Source: a virus. From it: a DNA stretch of 64,000 nt. The notes under the pieces were generated by a model. That model saw only the letters and a program-made list of their open reading frames with translations, was not told where the DNA came from and did not search any database. The position numbers and the translations under genes were made by a program. The stretch lies in IMG/VR virus record IMGVR_UViG_3300045988_069864. One strand, 5' to 3'. This document shows positions 42,237 to 51,052 of this stretch, in pieces (positions within the stretch are counted from its first letter, which is position 1; every line of letters begins with the position of its first letter).

Positions 42237-42578
42237 ATGATTAGGAATGATATTTTGGAAAAGGCTCGTTCTATCATTAACGGTGAGCGAGCCGGTACTT
42301 ATGGTAAAGCGGAAGATAGCTTTGCTACCATTGCCCAAATGTGGAGCGCATATTTGGACCATCCGGTTACTAGTGCCGATGTGGCAAATATGATGATTCT
42401 TTTGAAAATTGCTCGTAATTCCAGTGGTGTTTATAAGGATGACAATTGGATTGATATTTGTGGCTATGCGGCTTTGGGTGCCGAAATTCAGAGCGATGCA
42501 AGTAAAACAGAATTTGGAAAAATGTATTCTGAAACTATCGCGGCCATGAAAAAATATGCTAATAACGAAAAGGAGTAA
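42237..42578 (+). CDS. Hypothetical protein (GER..YG / LK.AR pattern, DUF6378-like)
   Basis: INGERAGTYGKAEDSFATIAQMW...ADVANMMILLKIAR matches a small family common in phages. I am recalling the family name from memory. Confidence 0.5.
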   Translation: MIRNDILEKARSIINGERAGTYGKAEDSFATIAQMWSAYLDHPVTSADVANMMILLKIARNSSGVYKDDNWIDICGYAALGAEIQSDASKTEFGKMYSETIAAMKKYANNEKE

Positions 42579-42584
42579 TGAACT

Positions 42585-43511
42585 ATGAAATTCAATGATA
42601 TTATGGCGAGTGCATCTCGTACGTTCAGCAAGGTAAGTCTGCAGGGCAAGAAGTATGCACCCGAGGTTATGATTGTTGTCGGTGTCGTTGGTGTTGTAGC
42701 CAGTGCTGTTATGGCATGCAAAGCCACTACTAAGGCCGGTGCTATTGTAGAAGATACCAAGGATCAGATGGATCAGATCCATGAAGTAGCTGAAACTCAT
42801 GCTGAGGAATATTCTGAAGACGATATGAAGAAAGACACTGTCATCGTCTACACTCAGACTGCTGTCAAATTCGCAAAACTGTACGGTCCAGCGGTTATTC
42901 TTGGCGCTGCTTCTATCGCATGCATCCTTGGTTCTCATCATATTTTGAGTAAACGTAATGCTGCTTTGGCTGCTGCTTACGCAACTGTGGATAAAGGATT
43001 TAAAGAATACCGTGGTCGTGTAATCGAGCGTTTCGGCAGGGAACTCGATAAAGAACTTCGCTATAATGTCAAGGCGAAAGACTTTGAGGAAACTGTAGTC
43101 AACGAAGAAACCGGTGAAGAGACTAAAGTTACGAACACTGTAAACGTAGCTGATCCTAATGATTATAGTGACTATGCTCGTTTCTTTGATGATGGATGCA
43201 CTGGTTGGACCAAGGATTCTGAGCAGAATTTATATTTCCTGAAATGTCAGCAGAACTATGCTAATGAGCGTCTTCAGAAAAAAGGCTATTTGTTCCTGAA
43301 TGATGTGTATGAAATGCTTGGTATTCCTAAGACCAAGGCTGGTCAGATTGTTGGTTGGATCTATGACAAGAAGAATCCTGTAGGCGACAACTTTGTAGAT
43401 TTCGGCATTTACAACATGAACCGTGAGAAAGCTCGCGACTTTGTTAACGGTTATGAACGCACTATCCTGCTTGACTTCAATGTCGATGGTAATATTCTCG
43501 ACTTGATCTAA
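42585..43511 (+). CDS. TM-anchored paralog C (unknown function)
   Basis: 308 aa with an N-terminal TM segment (VMIVVGVVGVVASAVMA) and the same conserved blocks as paralogs A and B. Confidence 0.65.
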   Translation: MKFNDIMASASRTFSKVSLQGKKYAPEVMIVVGVVGVVASAVMACKATTKAGAIVEDTKDQMDQIHEVAETHAEEYSEDDMKKDTVIVYTQTAVKFAKLYGPAVILGAASIACILGSHHILSKRNAALAAAYATVDKGFKEYRGRVIERFGRELDKELRYNVKAKDFEETVVNEETGEETKVTNTVNVADPNDYSDYARFFDDGCTGWTKDSEQNLYFLKCQQNYANERLQKKGYLFLNDVYEMLGIPKTKAGQIVGWIYDKKNPVGDNFVDFGIYNMNREKARDFVNGYERTILLDFNVDGNILDLI

Positions 43512-43518
43512 TCTCAAA

Positions 43519-43562
43519 TTACCTTTGTCTCTTTGCTAGCGGAGACAGGGGTAATTATATTT
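43519..43562 (+). terminator. Terminator-like hairpin
   Basis: TTACCTTTGTCTC-loop-GAGACAGGGGTAA followed by TTATATTT, a weak T-run. Confidence 0.45.
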
Positions 43563-43578
43563 GAAAGGAGTGACTTAA

Positions 43579-43806
43579 ATGACTGGGCGAGATCTGATCG
43601 TGTATATTCTTCAGAACAATCTTGAAGATACAGACGTGGACTCCATTATGTCATCGGTTTTCATTGATGAGGAAAAAGTTGCTAAGAAGTTTAACGTTGG
43701 TGTTGCAACGGTAAGAACTTGGTATGCTCTTGGAATCATTAGAGGTTTCGAGGACCATAACAAGTTATATTTCCCAATCACCATTAAAGATCCTAGAAAG
43801 GAATGA
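43579..43806 (+). CDS. Small HTH DNA-binding protein
   Basis: 75 aa. VAKKFNVGVATVRTWYALGII resembles a MerR/excisionase-type HTH. Confidence 0.5.
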   Translation: MTGRDLIVYILQNNLEDTDVDSIMSSVFIDEEKVAKKFNVGVATVRTWYALGIIRGFEDHNKLYFPITIKDPRKE

Positions 43807-43898
43807 GCAATATGCTAAAAACCCTAGAAGCAGTTTTTGCAGTAATGTCAGCTCTATGTCTTGCTAGTGGTATCGCAATCCTACACGGAAGGGGCTGA
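43803..43898 (+). CDS. 31-aa membrane peptide (tentative)
   Basis: ATGA overlap with the upstream stop. Segment LEAVFAVMSALCLASGIAIL. Confidence 0.3.
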   Translation: MSNMLKTLEAVFAVMSALCLASGIAILHGRG

Positions 43899-43902
43899 TC
43901 TT

Positions 43903-44049
43903 ATGGACAGATTCGAAGAGATTCTATCTATTATAGATGAAGCATTAAACACAAAACGGAAGCGTCATATTGTTGGTGGAGTTCTTTTGAGTACCGCATT
44001 ACTTTTCGGGAGGCTTAGCTTTCACCGTTATAACGTTACGAGAGGATGA
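43903..44049 (+). CDS. 48-aa protein with TM segment (tentative)
   Basis: ATG 43903 follows GGAAGGGG. Overlaps the next start. Confidence 0.3.
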   Translation: MDRFEEILSIIDEALNTKRKRHIVGGVLLSTALLFGRLSFHRYNVTRG

Positions 44050-44627
44050 AGATGATGGGAGATAAAATTGTAAAACTTCTTATATTTGGAGTAGGTGCTG
44101 CTATCGGTTCGGTCGTAACTTGGAAACTTGTAAAAACAAAATATAAGCGAATTGCAGACGAAGAGATCGAGTCTGTGAAAAAAATCTACAATTATAAAAA
44201 GATCGCTGAAGAACACGCAGCAAAGCCTGAAGTTAAGGTTCAAAATGTTGTTGAAGTTGAGCCAAAGGTTAACCAGGATCGTGTCGATTATTCGAAGTTA
44301 ACCGTGGATCTTGGTTATACAAATGAATCTAAGGAAGGAGGAGAGGACATGCATGAGAAGCCCTATGTGATTGCTCCAGAAGAATTCGGCGAAATGGATG
44401 ACTACGAAACTGTTAGTCTGACATACTATTCCGATGGTGTTTTGACTGACGACTTTGACAATGAGATTGAAGATGTCGAAGGTATGGTCGGTGAAGATTC
44501 GCTGGATCATTTTGGTGAGTATGAGGACGACTCTGTCTTTGTACGAAATGACCGATATAAAACCGATTATGAAATTCTTCTGGATCTTCGTAAGTATTCT
44601 GATGTTAAAAAGTCCAATCCTAATTAA
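44046..44627 (+). CDS. Hypothetical 193-aa protein, N-terminal TM helix and acidic C-terminal half
   Basis: Clean ORF with TM segment IVKLLIFGVGAAIGSVVTW. Confidence 0.6.
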   Translation: MKMMGDKIVKLLIFGVGAAIGSVVTWKLVKTKYKRIADEEIESVKKIYNYKKIAEEHAAKPEVKVQNVVEVEPKVNQDRVDYSKLTVDLGYTNESKEGGEDMHEKPYVIAPEEFGEMDDYETVSLTYYSDGVLTDDFDNEIEDVEGMVGEDSLDHFGEYEDDSVFVRNDRYKTDYEILLDLRKYSDVKKSNPN

Positions 44628-44641
44628 GGAGTGGATAGTTT

Positions 44642-45196
44642 ATGACATTTGGAGATCGAATAACTAATGAATACTTCGATTGGATGTATGATCTAGCTTG
44701 TAAAGATCGATATCCTGAACAAATCTCATATCGAAAACTGTTTGTGCTGCTTCATGATACCGAATTCATCTATTCTATTCCGAGAGATAAAAACCGAGCT
44801 GAGGATGGAATAGATTTACGTTATCGATTTTCTCGTCTTAAAGGCTATGAGCAAGATGGTATTGATATTTATCAGTATCTCGACATGCCATGTAGTGTGC
44901 TTGAGATGATTCTTGCACTGGCTATCAGATGCGAAGAAACGATAATGGACGATCCAAGCATTGGTGATCGAACTCAGCAATGGTTTTGGGGGATGATCAC
45001 TAATCTTGGTCTTGGTTCTATGACTGATAGCAGATTTGACAGAGATGCCGCGAATGATATTCTTGAACGGTTTCTTAATCGAGAATATGAGCCCGATGGT
45101 AAGGGCGGATTATTCACGGTTAGAAATTGCGATTCCGATCTACGAGATGTTGAAATCTGGTATCAGATGTGCGGGTATCTCAACCATATTACTTGA
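44642..45196 (+). CDS. Hypothetical 184-aa protein
   Basis: SD AAGGAGTGG. Looks like a conserved phage protein, but I recognise no domain. Confidence 0.6.
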   Translation: MTFGDRITNEYFDWMYDLACKDRYPEQISYRKLFVLLHDTEFIYSIPRDKNRAEDGIDLRYRFSRLKGYEQDGIDIYQYLDMPCSVLEMILALAIRCEETIMDDPSIGDRTQQWFWGMITNLGLGSMTDSRFDRDAANDILERFLNREYEPDGKGGLFTVRNCDSDLRDVEIWYQMCGYLNHIT

Positions 45197-45215
45197 TATT
45201 TGAAAGGAGTCATAA

Positions 45216-45479
45216 ATGGAACCACTCTATATTCAGCTTGCTAAAGAATGTGAAATGATCAATCGTAACTTTGCTAATGTTGGTGAGGATATTAACGCTA
45301 TCGCCAAAGCACTTGCGAAGCAGCGTAGATTCAATACTAAGACTACTATCCTTCTAGTTGTGGGCGGTATTTGTATCTATGGCATTGCCGAACAGTGTAA
45401 AGAGCTGACCAAAAAAGTAAATGATTTAGAGCAAGAGGTCTACAAACTCAAATATCCCGACGTGTTCAAGGAGGATTGA
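45216..45479 (+). CDS. Hypothetical 87-aa protein with TM helix
   Basis: SD GAAAGGAG, TM segment TTILLVVGGICIYGI. Confidence 0.55.
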   Translation: MEPLYIQLAKECEMINRNFANVGEDINAIAKALAKQRRFNTKTTILLVVGGICIYGIAEQCKELTKKVNDLEQEVYKLKYPDVFKED

Positions 45480-45483
45480 GAAT

Positions 45484-48400
45484 GTGCTTGATTTCTTGCT
45501 GATTTCAACAAGATCCAAGAAGCAAGGAGTCGTCGAGGTATATCCTAAGTTCGTGATAAAGAAAAGTAAGGACTTAATGATCCGAGGCGGCGATTTCTAT
45601 GCTGTTTGGATCGAGGATCGGGGCTTGTGGTCCACAGATGAGCAGGACGCTTTATATTTGATTGACCAAGCGTTGGATGCATACGCAAATGATTATAAAC
45701 AGAAAACTTCTGATACGGTCATAACCCTTCATTTGTGGGATGCTGGCTCAGGAATGATTGACGCTTGGCATAAGTATTGTCAGAAGCAGATGCGTGATAA
45801 CTTCCACATGCTTGATGAAAAATTGATATTCTTGAACACTCCTACGAATAAGAAGGATTATGCAAGTAAAAAGCTCAATTATTCTCTTGAACCTGGCAGC
45901 ATTGATGCATATGAGAAGATCATTTCTACCTTATATTCTCCAGAAGAGCGCCACAAGATTGAATGGGCTATTGGGTCTATTATCGAAGGCGATTCGAAAA
46001 CGATTCAGAAATTTGTAGTCTTTTACGGTTCAATGGGCACAGGTAAATCTACGATTCTGAATATTATTCAACAGTTATTTGAGGGTTACTATTCGGTCTT
46101 TGATGCTAAGGCATTGGGATCGTCTAGTAACTCTTTTGCTTTGGAGCCGTTCAAAAACAATCCTCTTGTGGCTATTCAACATGATGGTGACTTATCGAAA
46201 ATCGAAGATAACACTCGTTTAAACAGTCTGGTTTCTCACGAGATGATGACCGTGAATGAGAAGTTTAAGTCTGCATATTCTAATCGATTTAAATGTTTCT
46301 TGTTCATGGGTACGAATAATCCTGTGAAGATTACTGACGGTAAATCCGGTTTGATTCGAAGACTGATTGATGTATCTCCATCTGGAAACAAGTTGAAGCC
46401 AAAAGAGTATAAGGCTGCTGTAAAGCAGGTGTCGTTTGAACTTGGAGCTATAGCAAGCCATTGTCATGAGGTATATTTAGACGATCCTGGAGCATACGAT
46501 GACTATATTCCGGTTGCAATGCTGGGAGCATCAAACGACTTCTACAACTTTATTGTCGATAACTATCATATTTTCAAGAAAGACGATGGAACGACACTGA
46601 AAGCTGCTTGGGAGATGTATAAAGTATATTGTGATGAGGCGAAGGTTCCTTTCTCGTTGAGTAAGATGAAATTCAAGGAGGAATTGAAGAACTATTTCTG
46701 GGACTTCAAAGAACGATTCGTAGCAGAAGATGGATCTCGTGTACGTAGCTACTACACAGGATTCAGAACTGATAAATTTGAAAACGAAATTGAAGATCCA
46801 AAAATTCCCAGGGAGGAAAAACCGTGGATTCAATTCAATTCGACGGAATCTATATTTGACAAAGAATGCGCGGATTGCTTTGCACAGTATGCTTCGTCAA
46901 AAGAGACTCCGAGTAAAAAATGGGATGACGTAACTTCTACTCTGAAAGATTTGGATACAACAAAGCTTCATTATGTGAAAGTTCCGGAGAATCATATAGT
47001 GATCGACTTCGATATTCCAGATGAGAAAGGAGAGAAGTCGCTTGAGAGAAACCTTGCTGCTGCTTCTTCTTGGCCTACTACTTATGCGGAACTTTCTAAA
47101 AGTGGTGCGGGTATCCACCTACATTATGTTTACGCTGGCGATGTTACTCGCCTTAGTCGGGTGTACGATGATCATATTGAAATAAAAGTATTTAACGGAA
47201 AAAGCTCGCTGAGGCGCAAATTAACCAAATGCAATGATATTCCGATCGCGACTATTAACTCCGGGTTGCCGTTGAAGGAGGATGCAAAATTGATTAATAA
47301 AGACGTAGTTCAGACTGAAAAAGGTCTTCGAACTACTATTAAGAAATGCCTAAACAAAGAGGTTCATCCGAACACGAGATGTAATGTTGATTTCATCAAT
47401 GATATTTTGACTAAAGCCTATGATAGTGGAATTTCATATGACGTATCTGATATGAAAAATGCTGTAATTGCTTTTGCAGCACAAAGCACCAATCAATCGG
47501 ACTATTGCATCAAGCTCGTCAATAGGATGAAATTCAAGTCGGACGAACCTTCAGTTAATAAAGAAGATGAGTCAGCAGACCTGGTCTTTTACGATGTAGA
47601 GGTCTTCCCGAACTTATTCCTTGTGAACTGGAAAATTGCTGGCGAAGGAAAACCGGTAGTCCGAATGATCAATCCTAAGCCGAGTGAGATTGAGGATTTA
47701 CTGAGATTCAAACTTGTTGGCTTTAACTGTCGTCGTTACGACAATCACATGCTTTATGCCAGAATGATTGGCTATACAACCGAGCAGTTGTATGAATTGT
47801 CTCAAAAGATCATTAACACCAAGAAAGGTACTAAAGGCGTATTCTTCGGTGAAGCCTATAACCTCTCGTACACTGATATTTACGACTTCGCTTCTGCCGG
47901 TAACAAAAAGAGCTTGAAGAAACTCGAGATCGAGATGGGTATCCATCATCAGGAGCTCGGACTTCCTTGGGATCAGCCGGTACCGAAAGAAAGATGGATT
48001 GAGGTTGCTGAATATTGCGATAATGACGTTATTGCGACCGAGGCAGCATTCAACTATCTGAAAGCGGATTGGACTGCTCGAGAAATTCTGGCTGACTTGG
48101 CTGGCATGACGGTTAATGATACGACTAACAGTCTCACAACCAAGATTATATTTGGTAACAACAAGAAACCCCAAGGATCTTTCTGTTATCGAGATATGTC
48201 GAAACCGGTCACGGCACTTGATCCGGAAGTCGAAGCATTCTTGAACATGGCTTGTCCCGAAATGATGCAGGCTGCTACTGATGAATCTTATCTCCCATAT
48301 TTTCCTGGGTACAAATTCGAGGGTGGCAAGTCTACTTACCGTGAGGAAGAAGTCGGTGAGGGTGGCTATGTATATTCTGAACCTGGCATATATTTCGATG

Positions 48401-49461
48401 TAGCGCTGCTTGATATTGCTTCCATGCATCCTCATAGTCTTATTGCCGAGTGTTTGTTGGGTGTCCAATTCACTAAAGCATTCCGTGATATTGTTGAGGG
48501 TCGAGTGAGTATCAAGCATGAAGCTTGGGATGAAGTTAGCCATATGCTGGATGGTAAGCTTGTTCCTTATATTCAGAAAGTAAAAGATGGAGAACTAACT
48601 TCAAAACAGCTTGCTGATGCACTTAAGACGGCCATTAACTCGGTTTATGGTTTAACATCTGCCAGCTTCGACAATCCGTTCCATGATCCTCGTAACAAGG
48701 ATAACATCGTAGCTAAGCGTGGCGCTCTATTCATGATCGACTTGAAACATGAAGTTCAGAAACGAGGATTCACTGTTGCTCATATCAAGACGGACTCAAT
48801 CAAGATCCCGAATGCTACTCCGGAGATTATTGAGTTTGTTATGGATTTCGGCAAGCGTTATGGCTACACATTCGAGCATGAGGCTACTTATGAACGTATG
48901 TGTCTCGTGAATGATGCTGTTTATATTGCTAAGTATAAAGACGGTAAACATGCTGGAGAATGGACTGCTACTGGTAAGCAATTCGCTGTTCCTTATTTGT
49001 TCAAGACTCTGTTTAGCAAGGAACCTATTGAATTCGACGACGTATGTGAGACTTTCTCGGTTAGCTCTGCTTTATATTTGGACATGAATGAACGTCTACC
49101 CGAAGGCGAACATAACTACCAATTCATCGGAAAGGTTGGTCAATTCTGTCCGATTAAACCTGGCTGCGGTGGCGGTGAACTTGTTCGGGAGGGTGTCGAT
49201 AAGGATGGTAACACCAAATACGATTCTGCTTCTGGTGCCAAAGGTTATCGTTGGCTTGAATCTGAGATGGTTCGAGTTCTTGGTAAAGAGGAAGATATTG
49301 ATCGCTCGTTCTATGGAAAACTCGTAGATGACGCTGTTGAATCTATTTCTCAGTACGGAGATTTCGAACAGTTTGTCGGAGATGATATTTCTAATGAGGA
49401 ACCTCCGTGGAATAATCCAGACGAGCCTTGGAACGAAACAACCGCATTCGATGTGCGATAA
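45484..49461 (+). CDS. Replicase fusion: SF3 (D5/P4-type) helicase + AEP primase-polymerase + family B DNA polymerase with 3'-5' exonuclease
   Basis: Walker A VVFYGSMGTGKST, then LFMGTNNP and RRL. AEP motifs VIDFDIPD and SGAGIHLHY. Exo motifs FYDVEVFPN and YCDNDV. PolB motifs DIASMHPHS, KTAINSVYG and HIKTDSI. Confidence 0.75.
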   Translation: MLDFLLISTRSKKQGVVEVYPKFVIKKSKDLMIRGGDFYAVWIEDRGLWSTDEQDALYLIDQALDAYANDYKQKTSDTVITLHLWDAGSGMIDAWHKYCQKQMRDNFHMLDEKLIFLNTPTNKKDYASKKLNYSLEPGSIDAYEKIISTLYSPEERHKIEWAIGSIIEGDSKTIQKFVVFYGSMGTGKSTILNIIQQLFEGYYSVFDAKALGSSSNSFALEPFKNNPLVAIQHDGDLSKIEDNTRLNSLVSHEMMTVNEKFKSAYSNRFKCFLFMGTNNPVKITDGKSGLIRRLIDVSPSGNKLKPKEYKAAVKQVSFELGAIASHCHEVYLDDPGAYDDYIPVAMLGASNDFYNFIVDNYHIFKKDDGTTLKAAWEMYKVYCDEAKVPFSLSKMKFKEELKNYFWDFKERFVAEDGSRVRSYYTGFRTDKFENEIEDPKIPREEKPWIQFNSTESIFDKECADCFAQYASSKETPSKKWDDVTSTLKDLDTTKLHYVKVPENHIVIDFDIPDEKGEKSLERNLAAASSWPTTYAELSKSGAGIHLHYVYAGDVTRLSRVYDDHIEIKVFNGKSSLRRKLTKCNDIPIATINSGLPLKEDAKLINKDVVQTEKGLRTTIKKCLNKEVHPNTRCNVDFINDILTKAYDSGISYDVSDMKNAVIAFAAQSTNQSDYCIKLVNRMKFKSDEPSVNKEDESADLVFYDVEVFPNLFLVNWKIAGEGKPVVRMINPKPSEIEDLLRFKLVGFNCRRYDNHMLYARMIGYTTEQLYELSQKIINTKKGTKGVFFGEAYNLSYTDIYDFASAGNKKSLKKLEIEMGIHHQELGLPWDQPVPKERWIEVAEYCDNDVIATEAAFNYLKADWTAREILADLAGMTVNDTTNSLTTKIIFGNNKKPQGSFCYRDMSKPVTALDPEVEAFLNMACPEMMQAATDESYLPYFPGYKFEGGKSTYREEEVGEGGYVYSEPGIYFDVALLDIASMHPHSLIAECLLGVQFTKAFRDIVEGRVSIKHEAWDEVSHMLDGKLVPYIQKVKDGELTSKQLADALKTAINSVYGLTSASFDNPFHDPRNKDNIVAKRGALFMIDLKHEVQKRGFTVAHIKTDSIKIPNATPEIIEFVMDFGKRYGYTFEHEATYERMCLVNDAVYIAKYKDGKHAGEWTATGKQFAVPYLFKTLFSKEPIEFDDVCETFSVSSALYLDMNERLPEGEHNYQFIGKVGQFCPIKPGCGGGELVREGVDKDGNTKYDSASGAKGYRWLESEMVRVLGKEEDIDRSFYGKLVDDAVESISQYGDFEQFVGDDISNEEPPWNNPDEPWNETTAFDVR

Positions 49462-49490
49462 TTCGCTAATTTTGCATGTCATATTATGAA
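49462..49490 (+). promoter_or_regulatory. TTCGCG-N17-TATG motif copy 11 (TTCGCT)
   Basis: TTCGCT 49462-49467 starts 1 nt after the replicase stop. TATGAA is at 49485-49490 and the SD follows directly. Confidence 0.45.
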
Positions 49491-49504
49491 AGGAGTGATT
49501 CTAA

Positions 49505-49705
49505 ATGAAAATCACTGATGGTATCAAACTCGGTTTTGGTCTTGCAATTGGTAAGACTCTGTATGACATCGCATTTGCTGCCGGTGGAACAGTATTGTTC
49601 CAGGTGGCTAGCAATGACGATAAGTTCGTAGAATGGTGTGAAACCAATGCACCCAAAACCTACGCGAACCTCATGAAATTCAAAGGTGAAAATCACACCG
49701 ACTAA
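49505..49705 (+). CDS. Hypothetical 66-aa protein
   Basis: SD AAAGGAGTG, with a hydrophobic N-terminal half. Confidence 0.55.
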   Translation: MKITDGIKLGFGLAIGKTLYDIAFAAGGTVLFQVASNDDKFVEWCETNAPKTYANLMKFKGENHTD

Positions 49706-49755
49706 AAAAGCCCAAAGGGCCCTGTAACAGGGGCTCTTTGCTTTTATATTTTACT
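49706..49755 (+). terminator. Intrinsic terminator
   Basis: GGGCCCTG-TAA-CAGGGGCTC with outer pairing, followed by TTTGCTTTTATATTTT. Confidence 0.7.
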
Positions 49756-49776
49756 ATTTTAAAGGAGACTCTACCA

Positions 49777-50028
49777 ATGGAAGAAAAGAAGAATGTGAAA
49801 TGCGTTTGCAAGAAATGCGGTAAAGAATTTACTGCGCCTAAAGCTTATGAGCTTTGCTACGATTGCAGTAACGAAGTAGTCGAAACTCGTAAGTGTCGTC
49901 AGTGCGGTAAGGAATTTAAAATCAAGCTTGGTGAATCCGTTTTTTATGAAAAGACGGGTCTTAAACTTCCTAATCGTTGTCCCGAGTGCCGCAAAGAACA
50001 TAAAGTACGTCCTAAGAAAATTAATTAA
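49777..50028 (+). CDS. Zinc-ribbon protein (4 x CxxC)
   Basis: ATG 49777 follows AAAGGAG. Cys pairs are CKKCG, CYDC, CRQCG and CPEC. Confidence 0.6.
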   Translation: MEEKKNVKCVCKKCGKEFTAPKAYELCYDCSNEVVETRKCRQCGKEFKIKLGESVFYEKTGLKLPNRCPECRKEHKVRPKKIN

Positions 50029-50058
50029 AAATATTTAAGAAAAAAGGAGAATTATATT

Positions 50059-50538
50059 ATGAACATTGCATATGCACCTCGCGGTATCCTTCAGATCGAT
50101 GATGCTCGTATCATTTACCGTAACTTTGCAGGCGTTGGTAGTAAGTTTAATCGTGATGGCGATCGCAACTTCGCAGTTATTATTCCTAATCAGGAGATTG
50201 CCGACGAGCTGATTGAAGCCGGTTGGAACATTAAGATCAAGCCTCCCAGAGATGATCAGGACATGCCGTTCATGTATCTGCCGGTTAAGATCAAGTTCAA
50301 TGACCGCGGTCCTAATGTATATTTGGTTACTGGTGACCGTCGTAATCCGCTGAATGAAGAGACTGTTGGCTGCATTGACGACATTGATATTTCCAGTGTA
50401 AATCTGGACATTCGCCCGTATGACTGGGAAGTGAATGGTAAGGCTGGTCGTACTGCGTATCTGCAGGCAATGGAAGTCATTCAGGAGATCGATCGCTTCG
50501 CAGCTCGCTATGCTGAGGAAGAACATCCTGAGGAATAA
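50059..50538 (+). CDS. Putative phage single-stranded DNA-binding protein (gp2.5-like architecture)
   Basis: 159 aa, beta-rich, with an acidic C-terminal tail (RYAEEEHPEE), in the replication module. Homology was not verified. Confidence 0.4.
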   Translation: MNIAYAPRGILQIDDARIIYRNFAGVGSKFNRDGDRNFAVIIPNQEIADELIEAGWNIKIKPPRDDQDMPFMYLPVKIKFNDRGPNVYLVTGDRRNPLNEETVGCIDDIDISSVNLDIRPYDWEVNGKAGRTAYLQAMEVIQEIDRFAARYAEEEHPEE

Positions 50539-50567
50539 ATCGCGAATCCTACTTCTTCTTTAATGAA
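50539..50567 (+). promoter_or_regulatory. TTCGCG-N17-TATG motif copy 12 (ATCGCG / AATGAA)
   Basis: ATCGCG 50539-50544 starts 1 nt after the upstream stop. AATGAA is at 50562-50567 and the SD follows directly. Confidence 0.4.
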
Positions 50568-50581
50568 GGAGGTTGATATTT

Positions 50582-50716
50582 ATGAAAAAACTCAAAGTAA
50601 TGGTATCTAAACTAATTTGGAAAATAGCTGGCATTTCTCCTGAGTGGGGAAATAGGGTTATGGATATTTTAGGTGAAGATCTGTACTGCAAAGTTATGAG
50701 GTATCAACAAATGTAA
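50582..50716 (+). CDS. 44-aa peptide (tentative)
   Basis: ATG 9 nt after GGAGG. Below the track cutoff. Confidence 0.35.
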   Translation: MKKLKVMVSKLIWKIAGISPEWGNRVMDILGEDLYCKVMRYQQM

Positions 50717-50721
50717 AAGTT

Positions 50722-50757
50722 TAGGGCATCTGAAACATGGTGTCCTATTCTCTTTAT
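50722..50757 (+). terminator. Terminator hairpin, variant of the GAAACATGG-loop family
   Basis: TAGGGCATC-TGAAACAT-GGTGTCCTA followed by TTCTCTTTAT. Confidence 0.6.
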
Positions 50758-50785
50758 CGCGAACTGAAAAACTAACTTAAAAGGG

Positions 50786-50826
50786 TAAGACCTGGTGGAA
50801 ACGCTGGGTCTTATTCTTTTATATTT
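50786..50826 (+). terminator. Hairpin + T-run immediately upstream of the tRNA
   Basis: TAAGACC-TGGTGGAAACGCTG-GGTCTTA followed by TTCTTTTATATTT. Preceded by a degenerate motif copy (ATCGCG 50756-50761, but AAAAGG in place of TATG). Confidence 0.5.
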
Positions 50827-50901
50827 GGGCCATTAGCTTAAGGGTAAAGCTGGCAGCTCATAACTGCTTGAGTGCGGGTTCGAATCCTGCATGGCCCACC
50901 A
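50827..50901 (+). tRNA. tRNA with anticodon CAT (elongator Met or Ile2-type), CCA encoded
   Basis: Hand fold: 7-bp acceptor stem (GGGCCAT/ATGGCCC), 4-bp D stem, anticodon stem GGCAG/CTGCT with loop CTCATAA, 5-nt variable loop, T arm GCGGG-TTCGAAT-CCTGC, then ACCA. Confidence 0.85.
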
Positions 50902-50932
50902 TTTATATTTTATAGAAAGGATGCGACTAATC

Positions 50933-51040
50933 ATGAGAAAGCGAGGACTTTTAGGTCTTATCTTGGACTTCATTTTAGTGTTCGCTACTGGTGGATTGTG
51001 GTTGATCTGGATCTTGATTCGATTTTTAAGAAATAGTTGA
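50933..51040 (+). CDS. 35-aa membrane peptide (tentative)
   Basis: ATG after AAAGGATG. Segment GLLGLILDFILVFATGGLWLIWILI. Confidence 0.35.
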   Translation: MRKRGLLGLILDFILVFATGGLWLIWILIRFLRNS

Positions 51041-51052
51041 GGAGTGATATTT

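Noticed and set aside
50756-50784. A 17th motif copy upstream of the tRNA (ATCGCG-N17-AAAAGG).
   Set aside because: The upstream hexamer and spacing fit, but the TATG element with its invariant G is missing. I kept it only as a degenerate relative.
50827-50901. The tRNA-CAT as an initiator tRNA.
   Set aside because: Positions 1-72 form a normal G-C pair, and the anticodon stem lacks the three consecutive G-C pairs typical of bacterial initiators.
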